NCBI GenBank assembly: GCA_023205875.1
Contig: CP060766.1
Span: forward strand, 248,001 to 312,000
DNA: 64,000 nt
Source: Chloropicon primus
Taxonomy: Eukaryota
Reading direction: 5' to 3'
The position numbers were made by a program, and so were the translations under genes. The notes beneath the pieces were generated by a model. It was not told where the DNA came from and did no database searches. It worked only from the letters and a program-made list of their open reading frames with translations. This document shows positions 52,270 to 61,129 of the stretch, in pieces (the stretch's first letter is position 1; the number at the start of each line of letters is the position of its first letter).

Positions 52270-54204
52270 ATGCCTCTCGGAAAGAGGGCGGACTGCAAGA
52301 ACGCAAAGTACGCTGGGATTTGGCCCTCGAGGTGTGCGAACGTTTGCGATGGCATCCAGGAGGCGTTTCAAGTCGGGTTCGATTTCGTTGCGGTGTCGCT
52401 GAACCACGAGAAGCTCGGGACGGGCGTGCCCGGTCCGCACACTTGCATCAGGTCGGACCTCGACTTGCAGTCCCAGTCCTGGACTTCCCAGGTGGTGGGC
52501 ATCGCGAGCGCGGCGTCGGGGCCGGCGGGCGGGGAAGACTGCATGGGGGCGGGGGGGCACGAGTGCGGCGGCGAGAGCCGGCGGAGCGAGCTCTCGGCCG
52601 TCCTGGAGAAGGAGTTCGGCTGGGCGAGCTACCTCGGCCTGCAGGCCGTGATCCTGCCGTCGGTCGCCAGCCAGAGCGAGGAGGAGATGCCCCTCGTCGC
52701 CCAGGCCGTCAGTCAGGCCATGATGAGCAAGACTTTCTTGCAGGTTTGGGTCCAGGTGCCGGTGGCACTCGATAGGGGAGAGCACGGGAGGAATTACGAC
52801 AAGTGGCACTGCATCAGGGCGCTGTCGAACTACCACCAGCAGGTGAGGCTGGCCCTCGTTTTGGGGGAAGACCTGCCCGAGCCGTCCGACCTGGACGTGT
52901 GGACGGGCGAGCCGGTCCGAAGCGCGATCGTCCCCGTGTCCGCCTTCAAGTTCAACGCCAAGGGGTACCCCACCCTGCCGAAGGGTCACCAGAATTTTCT
53001 GCGCCGGCTCTTCAGGATGGGCGTGCAAGTCATCGTGAGGGACGACGCCCTGGGCCACAGGCTGGGTGCCGACGCGATCAAGAGCGCCCAGGACCCCGAG
53101 AACAACCCCCTGAGGGTGTACTGGGAGTACCTGTCCTTCCTGTTCCGCGGGATGGAGCAGCCCACGGAGAACGAGGCGGCCGAGCTCGATTACAGGGATT
53201 ACTTGCAGTCTCCGCTGCAGCCCCTCCAGGACCACCTCGAGAGCGCGACGTACGAGGTGTTCGAGAGGGACCAGACCAAGTACACCACCTACGAGGAGGC
53301 CGTGTACCGGGCGCTGCTGGACAAGTTCCCGGGCGGCGCGTCGGGGGGGAGGACGCCCGTCCTGATGGTGGTGGGCGCGGGCCGGGGGCCCCTGGTCCTG
53401 GCGAGCCTGCGGGCCTCCAAGAGGGCCAAGGTGGGCATCAAGGTCTACGCCGTGGAGAAGAACCCCAACGCGTACATCACCCTCCTGCACCTGCACCAGA
53501 AGGAGAAGTGGGGGGACACCGTGACCATCGTGCACCAGGACATGAGGCACTGGAACACGACGGAGAGGGCAGACATCATGGTGAGCGAGCTCCTGGGGAG
53601 CTTCGGCGACAATGAGCTCAGCCCCGAGTGCCTGGACGGCGCCCAGAGGTTCCTGGCGGAGGACGGCGTCAGCATCCCCCAGTCCTACACCAGCTACCTG
53701 GCCCCCATCTCCACCAGCAAGCTTCACGAGGAGATCAGGAACCTCAAGGAGCTCAAGCTGATGGAGACGCCGTACGTGGTCAAGCTCTTCGCCCACACGC
53801 TGCTTGCGGAGAACCAGGAGGTCTTCCGCTTCGATCACCCCAACCGGGCCGAGGTGGTGGACAACGAGAGGTTCCGGACGCTGCACTTCGAGAGGCCCGC
53901 GGGGTCGGGCCCCGGGATCCTCCACGGCTTTGCCGGCTACTTTGAGTCCGTCCTGTACAAGGACGTCCTCCTGAGCATCAGGCCCGAGACCCACACGCCG
54001 AACATGTTCAGCTGGTTCCCCATCTTCTTCCCCTTGGCCCGGCCGGTGTACTTGGGCTGCGCCGACGACGGGGGGGGGAGGATCTCGGTCCACGTGTGGA
54101 GGAGGTCCGCCAGGCACAAGGTGTGGTACGAGTACGCCCTGGCGAGCCCGGAGGTCCACCCTCTGGTGAACCCGGAAGGAAGGTCGTACGCGGCGGAGCT
54201 GTGA
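52270..54204 (+). CDS. PRMT5: Protein arginine N-methyltransferase 5
   Basis: DYLQSPLQPL, VVGAGRGPLV, VEKNPNA, VSELLGSFGDNELSPECLDG, MFSWFPIFFP. Confidence 0.95.
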   Translation: MPLGKRADCKNAKYAGIWPSRCANVCDGIQEAFQVGFDFVAVSLNHEKLGTGVPGPHTCIRSDLDLQSQSWTSQVVGIASAASGPAGGEDCMGAGGHECGGESRRSELSAVLEKEFGWASYLGLQAVILPSVASQSEEEMPLVAQAVSQAMMSKTFLQVWVQVPVALDRGEHGRNYDKWHCIRALSNYHQQVRLALVLGEDLPEPSDLDVWTGEPVRSAIVPVSAFKFNAKGYPTLPKGHQNFLRRLFRMGVQVIVRDDALGHRLGADAIKSAQDPENNPLRVYWEYLSFLFRGMEQPTENEAAELDYRDYLQSPLQPLQDHLESATYEVFERDQTKYTTYEEAVYRALLDKFPGGASGGRTPVLMVVGAGRGPLVLASLRASKRAKVGIKVYAVEKNPNAYITLLHLHQKEKWGDTVTIVHQDMRHWNTTERADIMVSELLGSFGDNELSPECLDGAQRFLAEDGVSIPQSYTSYLAPISTSKLHEEIRNLKELKLMETPYVVKLFAHTLLAENQEVFRFDHPNRAEVVDNERFRTLHFERPAGSGPGILHGFAGYFESVLYKDVLLSIRPETHTPNMFSWFPIFFPLARPVYLGCADDGGGRISVHVWRRSARHKVWYEYALASPEVHPLVNPEGRSYAAEL

Positions 54205-54343
54205 GGAAGTTGTGCTTTGGGAAAAGGATGATTTATTTATTCATAATAATTATAAAAGGAGGAACTAGTGTTTTGTGATTCCATGCAAGCAAAGCTGGCG
54301 TGCATCATCGGGTTTGCTCTCGCCCCAAGTGGTGTGCGCGTGG

Positions 54344-54940
54344 CTACGTCATGCGCACGCTGGGGGAGTGCTCCCTTATCGCGGCGTACACCTGGTTCCT
54401 GAGGTAGACGTGCGTCCTGGCCTTGACGGTCTGGGCCATCTCGTCCGGGTTCAGGGGGAGGCCCAGGGCCTCGTGCTTCCACTTGAGGGCCATGAGGACG
54501 ACGAGCATGTTGATCCCCTTGGACTTGTACACTCTCTTGGCCTTGAGGGCGAGGTCCTGCCTCGACAGCTTGACCTCCCTCGCCAAGCTCAGGGACTCGG
54601 CCACCCGGAGCTCCAGGTCCAGGTTCCGAAGCACGCGCTTGCACCTCAGGTGGAGGCGGACGCGAGGCGCCATTCTGGACGACGTCGAGGCCACCCTTTC
54701 CGAGTCCACCTCGGACGCCGCCGTGTCGCTGCTCCTGCTCTCCGACAGGGATCTCTTGTGACAACCGCTCGACGTGGACGAGTGGAACGGGCAGCACCCG
54801 TCCAGGCGCCTGCACAGGATCGACTGGGGGGACGCGCACTCGGGGTGGCGAACCTGGGTGTGGGGGTTACTGCACTTGAAGAGCTGCTGGTCGTTCCTCA
54901 TTACCACCGTGGTCGTAGTGGCGGTGTTCGCGACGCTCAT
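54344..54940 (-). CDS. Hypothetical protein
   Basis: High-GC3 ORF from MSVANT, with a helical basic C-terminal half; no family recognised. Confidence 0.5.
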   Translation of the reverse strand: MSVANTATTTTVVMRNDQQLFKCSNPHTQVRHPECASPQSILCRRLDGCCPFHSSTSSGCHKRSLSESRSSDTAASEVDSERVASTSSRMAPRVRLHLRCKRVLRNLDLELRVAESLSLAREVKLSRQDLALKAKRVYKSKGINMLVVLMALKWKHEALGLPLNPDEMAQTVKARTHVYLRNQVYAAIREHSPSVRMT

Positions 54941-55230
54941 GATCTTTTCTGGCCGTGCGCACACAAGGTAGCAAGTTAGACTTCGTCTTGCCCCACACTC
55001 AACCCAAAAAGTCAAGGGGTGCCCCACAGAAAACGTGACCTCTCATGAAATGCCCATCCATCAATTGGGGTTTTTTACGGGCTCAAATTAACGCCCGAGT
55101 TGTAAGGTTGTAACGGCCGAGCGCTGTGGTTTGTTTCGGCCTATTTGTAGTGGCCGAAAAGGGTAGGGGTTCAACACAAGAAGCACAGCGTTAAGGTTGA
55201 GGTTGCTCACCTTCCTCCCTCCCACGCGCG

Positions 55231-55263
<33 letters not shown>

Positions 55264-55457
55264 TTGGTCGTTGGTCGCCAGCAGTACCAGCCCCAACCAA
55301 GAGGAGAGGAGATGCGTTGCCACCCGAAGCGAGCGAACACGACGCTTGTGGGATTGACTTCCTTCCTTCCTTCGATCGGTGGCATTGGAGAGAGGAGAGG
55401 ATGGAGGAGCAATCGAGGATGAGGGTGTTGGAGGGGCAGGAAGGATGTGGAGCCAAT

Positions 55458-55494
<37 letters not shown>

Positions 55495-55675
55495 AAATGA
55501 TGGAGACCAGAATAGACGACAGAGACGAGTCAAAAAAAAAGAAACACGTAACAAGTCATGACCCCCACCCATCCACACCCACACAATCAAGAGGATTGGC
55601 TCCTCCTCCCTTTTCTCCTCCTCCCTTTTCTCCTCCAGGAAAAAAAAAAGAAGGGGAGAGAGAAGAGGAAGGAGG

Positions 55676-56780
55676 ATGGCGTTGTCGTGCCCGCTGCAGT
55701 GCGTCAGGAGGACCACGGAGCACGTGGCTAGCGTCGCCAACCACGTCACCATCTCCAAAAAAGGTAAGACACGAGAAAAACCCACAAGTTCCTCGATCCA
55801 TCCAACCTGCTCACTGACGCGTCGCCCTCCTTCTGCTTCTCACCATGGAATGGACATCGCCCGTCGCCGTCGTCACTCAAGGCATCGAGGCCCTGGTGTC
55901 GTCGCGGCTGAGCGAGGAGAGCGTGCGGGGCCTGGACCTGAGGAAGTGGGACGAGACGGACCACCTCGTGGAGACTGATCAACAGGGTCACCATCACCCT
56001 GATGTGAGGGCGCAGTACATGCTCGTGGTGGATGCGGTGAACTTTTGCTTCTGGCCGGACGACGAGCTCGAGTACGAGCACATCGCGGGGAACCTGAAGG
56101 CGTCCGTGTCGGAGAACCCGTCGTGCATCTCTTCCGAGAGCCTGGCCACGTTGACTCCGCTTGGCCTGAGGGCTCTGCTCAAGTGGCCGAGGCCCCTGCC
56201 CCAGGAGGAGGAGAGGGCCAGGCTGGTGAGGGAGGTGGGCATCGAGCTGGGGAGGTCCTTCGGGGGCCAGGCGGCAAACCTGGTGAGGGCCGCGAACCAA
56301 TCGGCGGCCGAGCTGGTGAGGCTCGTGGTTGCCCACTTTCCGGGGTTCAGGGACTCGTGCGTGTACGGCGGGAGCCAAGTCTTCCTGTACAAGCGTGCGC
56401 AAATCTTCGTCGGGGACTTGTACGGGTCCTTCAGGGGCGAGGGCCTCGGGAAGTTCCGCGACATCGCCAACCTCACCATGTTCGCCGACTACAGGGTCCC
56501 AGTCACCCTGCTGGAGCTCGGGGTCCTCGAGTACGGCAAGGAGCTCAGCGGTGCCGTGGCGGCCAAGGAGGTCCTCGAGCCGGGGTGCCCCCAGGAGGTG
56601 GAGATCAGGGCGTGCACCGTCCGCGCGGTCGAGATGATCCTGGAGGAGATGAGGAGGACCTTCAAGGACGCGAGCCTGGTCCCGATGAGCATCGAGCTGG
56701 ACTGGTTCCTTTGGAAGGAGGGAGAGAAGAGGAGAGACGTCTCCGATCCCCACCACAGGGTCCTCACGATCTTTTACTGA
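55676..56780 (+). CDS. QNG1: Queuosine nucleotide N-glycosylase / Q salvage protein (DUF2419) (exons 55676-55763, 55882-56780)
   Basis: VDAVNFCFW, FPGFRD, YKRAQIFVGDL, LTMFADYRVP, EVEIRA, LDWFLW, PHHRVLTIFY. Phase-1 intron 55764-55881. Confidence 0.92.
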
Positions 56781-57246
56781 GTGGGAGGACAGCAAGCAGT
56801 GCGTGTGGGAGAAGGAGAGGACTGTCCAGGGAAGAAAAATATATTAAATATTTAATACTTGATTATAATTTTGCTTTGTTTTGTTTTGTGTTTGCTCGTT
56901 CGTTCGCTCCTCGAGAGCTCGATGACGACAGAGCAGCTTCCGCGATGAGGAGGACGAAGACCACCACCAGCATCGTAGATGGGGACGGGAGTTGGCCAAG
57001 GAGAGAGAGAGAGACGAGGCCAAGGAGGGAACCTCCTGTCCTGTCCTGTTGAGGAGATTCCTGCCCCGGTTTCGAAAGATCCGGCAGGAGCTGAAAGAGG
57101 GAATAACATGCATAAAAAAAGACAAACGTTTGTGTTTGTGTACTTTTAGATCTTGAAAAGGAACAAAGGAGGAACCTTGGGAGGCTCGAAGCAGGACCAG
57201 TGGTCGTTGCTAAAACCCCAAACACTTGATCCACGGTTTCTTTGAA

Positions 57247-59970
57247 TTAAGGCACGTTAACTGTCTTCGACCTGCCATTACCACGAACAAGGACCGGCCT
57301 GACCACGCCTTCCGCTTTCTTGGCCTTGACGGTCACGTCGTTGCGGTTTCCGCGAGCCAAGGCGCGGAGCCTGTTGCGATCAGATTTCTTGGCCTTGACG
57401 GTCACGTCGTTGCGGTTTCCGCGAGCCATGGCGCGGAGCCTGTTGCGATCAGATGCCTCGGTCTCGACGGTCACGCCGTTGCGGTTTCCACGAGCCATGG
57501 CGCGGAGTCTGTTGCGATCAGATTCCGCGGTCACGACGGTCACGTCGTTGCGGTTTCCGCGAGCCATGGCGCGGAGCCTGTTGCGATCAGATGCCTCGGT
57601 CTCGACGGTCACGCCGTTGCGGTTTCCACGAGCCATGGCGCGGAGTCTGTTGCGATCAGATTCCGCGGTCACGACGGTCACGTCGTTGCGGTTTCCGCGA
57701 GCCATGGCGCGGAGCCTGTTGCGATCAGATGCCTCGGTCTCGACGGTCACGCCGTTGCGGTTTCCACGAGCCATGGCGCGGAGTCTGTTGCGATCAGATT
57801 CCGCGGTCACGACGGTCACGTCGTTGCGGTTTCCGCGAGCCATGGCGCGGAGCCTGTTGCGATCAGATGCCTCGGTCTCGACGGTCACGCCGTTGCGGTT
57901 TCCACGAGCCATGGCGCGGAGTCTGTTGCGATCAGATTCCGCGGTCACGACGGTCACGTCGTTGCGGTTTCCGCGAGCCATGGCGCGGAGCCTGTTGCGA
58001 TCAGATGCCTCGGTCTCGACGGTCACGCCGTTGCGGTTTCCACGAGCCATGGCGCGGAGTCTGTTGCGATCAGATTCCGCGGTCACGACGGTCACGTCGT
58101 TGCGGTTTCCGCGAGCCATGGCGCGGAGCCTGTTGCGATCAGATTCCTCGGTCTCGACGGTCACGTCGTTGCGGTTTCCGCGAGCCACGGCACCAACACG
58201 ATTGTCGTCCGCATCGTCAACAGCACCAGCAATCACCATGTTGTCATCACCACGAGCCGCGGCACTAACACGATTGTCGTCCGCATCCTCAACAGCACCA
58301 GCCTCCACTGTATTGTCATCACCACGAGCCACGGCACCAACACGATTGCCAAAGGAATCTACAACAGCACCAGCAGTCACTGTATTGTCATCACCACGAG
58401 CCACGGCACCAACACGATTCATGCTAGATTCAACTTGAGCAACAGCAGTCACTGTGTTGTTCTCACCACGAGCCACGGCACCAACACGATTCATGTCAGC
58501 AAATTCAGCAGCACCAGCCTCCACTGTGTTGTTGTCACCACGAGCCACGGCACCAACACGATTCATGTCAGCAAATTCAGCAGCACCAGCCTCCACTGTA
58601 TTGTCATCACCGCGAGCCGCGGCACCAACACGATTGTCGTCCGCACCATCAACAGCACCAGCAATCACCATATTGTCATCACCGCGAGCCACGGCACCAA
58701 CACGATTCATGTCAGATTCTTGAGAAGCAGTAGCAAACAATAAGTTTGCATTCCCGTCAGCCACAGCACTAACGTTATTCATGGTAGCAAAATCATCAGC
58801 TTCGGCAGTCACATTGTTGCCATCACCGCGAGCCGCGGCATCAACACGATTGTCGACAACATTCTCAGAAGCTGAAGCCTTCACTGTGTTCTCATCGCCA
58901 CGAGCCACGGCATCAACGTCATTCATGGTAGCATTACCATAAGCTTCGGCAGTCACTGTGTTATCATCACCACGAGCCACGGCACCAACACGATTGTCGT
59001 CCGCATCCTCAGAACCTGCAGCAGTCACTGTGTTGCCATCACCGCGAGCCGCAGCATCAACGTCATTCATGTCAGATGCACCAACAGCAACAGCAGTCAC
59101 TGTATTATTGTCACCACGAGCCACGGCACCAACACGATTCATGCTAGATTCAGCTTGAGCAACAGCAGTCACTGTGTTGCCATCACCACTTGCCACGGCA
59201 TCAACGTCATTCATGTCAGATGCACCAACAGCAACAGCAGTCACTGTATTATTGTCACCGCGAGCCACGGCACCAACACGATTCATGTCAGATTCAGCTT
59301 CAGCAGTAGCAAACAATAAGTTTGCATTCCCGTCAGCCACGGCACCAACGTCATTCATGGTAGCAGTCTCAGAAGCTTGGGCAGTCACTGTGTTGCCCTC
59401 ACCACGAGCCACGGCTTCAACGTCATTCATGGTAGCACCAAACGCAGCAGTTGCAGTCACTGTGTTGTTATCACCATGAGCCACGGCTTCAACGTGATTC
59501 ATGTCAGCACCAACAGAAGAAGCAGAAACGGTGTTCTCCGAGCCGACAGCCGAAGCGCGGAGGTCATTGTCGTCCCCGCCGTCAGCCGTAGCACTTGCGG
59601 TGGACGACGAACCTTTTGCTTCGCCCGTCAACATTCCGTCACCAGAAACCTCGGTCATGACGATCTCACCCGCACCACTCATGGAGGCGGTGCTGCTGCC
59701 TTGAGCAGCGCCATCGGTGGTCATCGCCATGACCTTTGCTTTGGTGTCTCCGGCGTCGGCCTCAGCGGAGGCCATGAAGGTGCCGCTGCCGTCGACTTCC
59801 GCCTTGCTTGTTTCGCTCGCGATGCCAATACCGCTGCTCCCAACGGTGCTCGCCTTGGACCTTCCGTAGCTGTGGGGCCTCCCCCACCTCTGGCCGTACA
59901 CAGGCGTGGCGGCGGCCACCACCACCACCACGGCCAGCCAAACGCACAACCACTCGACGTTCTTTTTCAT
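57247..59970 (-). CDS. Secreted 23/24-aa tandem-repeat protein, predicted curlin-like beta-solenoid, copy 1
   Basis: Signal peptide MKKNVEWLCVWLAVVVVVAAATPVYG. 72-nt repeats NRVGAVARGDDNTVxAxAxxxxxx, then 69-nt repeats NRLRAMARGNRNDVTVxTxxSDR. Confidence 0.85.
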   Translation of the reverse strand: MKKNVEWLCVWLAVVVVVAAATPVYGQRWGRPHSYGRSKASTVGSSGIGIASETSKAEVDGSGTFMASAEADAGDTKAKVMAMTTDGAAQGSSTASMSGAGEIVMTEVSGDGMLTGEAKGSSSTASATADGGDDNDLRASAVGSENTVSASSVGADMNHVEAVAHGDNNTVTATAAFGATMNDVEAVARGEGNTVTAQASETATMNDVGAVADGNANLLFATAEAESDMNRVGAVARGDNNTVTAVAVGASDMNDVDAVASGDGNTVTAVAQAESSMNRVGAVARGDNNTVTAVAVGASDMNDVDAAARGDGNTVTAAGSEDADDNRVGAVARGDDNTVTAEAYGNATMNDVDAVARGDENTVKASASENVVDNRVDAAARGDGNNVTAEADDFATMNNVSAVADGNANLLFATASQESDMNRVGAVARGDDNMVIAGAVDGADDNRVGAAARGDDNTVEAGAAEFADMNRVGAVARGDNNTVEAGAAEFADMNRVGAVARGENNTVTAVAQVESSMNRVGAVARGDDNTVTAGAVVDSFGNRVGAVARGDDNTVEAGAVEDADDNRVSAAARGDDNMVIAGAVDDADDNRVGAVARGNRNDVTVETEESDRNRLRAMARGNRNDVTVVTAESDRNRLRAMARGNRNGVTVETEASDRNRLRAMARGNRNDVTVVTAESDRNRLRAMARGNRNGVTVETEASDRNRLRAMARGNRNDVTVVTAESDRNRLRAMARGNRNGVTVETEASDRNRLRAMARGNRNDVTVVTAESDRNRLRAMARGNRNGVTVETEASDRNRLRAMARGNRNDVTVVTAESDRNRLRAMARGNRNGVTVETEASDRNRLRAMARGNRNDVTVKAKKSDRNRLRALARGNRNDVTVKAKKAEGVVRPVLVRGNGRSKTVNVP

Positions 59971-60257
59971 TTTTTCTTTTTTTTCCCAGTTGGTGTTGTT
60001 GTTGTTCGGCTCCGCAGCTGTCAACCACCGAGCGCCTTCTGCTCACGTCGCTTCTCTCTTCGTCCTCGCCGCCTTTCCCTCTCTCCCTCCCTCCCTCCTC
60101 TCCGTTCCGTTCCGTTTCCCTTCACGAAGAGAAAAGCGCTTTCGACGGAGGGGTTCCCTTCCTGCGCGTCGTGTCGTTTCGTTGCGTTGTCGTGGACGCG
60201 TTCTCGTCCCCTCGTCCCCTCCCTCTCCCTCTGGTGGTCGCCCTCCTCCCCTCCTCC

Positions 60258-60385
60258 CCTCTCCTCTGCCCGGGCGTTAATTCTCTCGGGCCTCATCCGT
60301 TAGCCACGGAATTAACCACAGCACTCGGGAATTCTCCTCGAAAAATCTTGGCAATCCGAGAGTTAACGCCCGGGCAGAGGAGAGG
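60258..60385. repeat. Inverted repeat with about 30 bp arms (60258-60289, 60356-60385)
   Basis: CCTCTCCTCTGCCCGGGCGTTAATTCTCTCGG versus CCGAGAGTTAACGCCCGGGCAGAGGAGAGG; complementary apart from a 2-nt indel. Confidence 0.85.
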
Positions 60386-60534
60386 AGAGGAGAGGAGAGG
60401 CCTCGGGAGGAGAGACAGGGACGGGAGTTGGGCAAGGAGAGAGACGAGGATAGGGAGGGAACCTCCTCCTGTCCTGGGTTCGAGAAAGATGAGTGCTTTG
60501 GTCAATGGAAACGACGACGATCGACGTTGGGAGT

Positions 60535-60663
60535 GGAGGACCTTCAAGGACTGCGAGCCTGGTCCCGATGAGCATCGAGCTGGACTGGTTCCTTTGGAAG
60601 GAGGGAGAGAAGAGGAGAGACGTCTCCAATCCCCACCACAGGGTCCTCGCGATCTTTTACTGA
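60535..60663 (+). pseudogene. 3' fragment of QNG1 carried by the duplication
   Basis: Copy of 56653-56780 with a 1-nt insertion (GGACTGCGAG vs GGACGCGAG) and substitutions; no 5' portion. Confidence 0.85.
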
Positions 60664-61129
60664 GTGGGAGGACAGCAAGCAGTGCGTGTGGGAGAAGGAG
60701 AGGACTGTCCAGGGAAGAAAAATATATTAAATATTTAATACTTGATTATAATTTTGCTTTGTTTTGTTTTGTGTATGCTCGTTCGTTCGCTCCTCGAGAG
60801 CTCGATGACGACAGAGCAGCTTCCGCGATGAGGAGGACGAAGACCACCACCAGCATCGTAGATGGGGACGGGAGTTGGCCAAGGAGAGAGAGAGAGACGA
60901 GGCCAAGGAGGGAACCTCCTGTCCTGTCCTGTTGAGGAGATTCCTGCCCCGGTTTCGAAAGATCCGGCAGGAGCTGAAAGAGGGAATAACATGCATAAAA
61001 AAAGACAAACGTTTGTGTTTGTGTACTTTTAGATCTTGAAAAGGAACAAAGGAGGAACCTTGGGAGGCTCGAAGCAGGACCAGTGGTCGTTGCTAAAACC
61101 CCAAACACTTGATCCACGGTTTCTTTGAA

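Noticed and set aside
51430..54159. 909-aa minus-strand ORF
   Set aside because: Mostly antisense to PRMT5; only 51834-51526 is real (helicase exon 1).
25504..55881. Introns as introner-type mobile elements
   Set aside because: The reconstructed introns share no evident sequence beyond splice and branch signals.
1..56780. Cofactor and salvage genes (PPCDC, NAMPT, riboflavin kinase, MTRR, QNG1) as a metabolic cluster
   Set aside because: They are scattered among unrelated genes and belong to different pathways; consistent with chance in a gene-dense genome.
57330..58200. Regular 69-bp repeats resembling a CRISPR array
   Set aside because: No unique spacers. The period is a multiple of 3 within an ORF with a signal peptide, and there are no cas genes in this eukaryotic context.
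57226..58743. 505-aa plus-strand ORF (and its twin at 61109-62626) and other frames over the repeats
   Set aside because: Shadow frames of a stop-free repeat; the minus-strand frame has the signal peptide and a coherent pattern.
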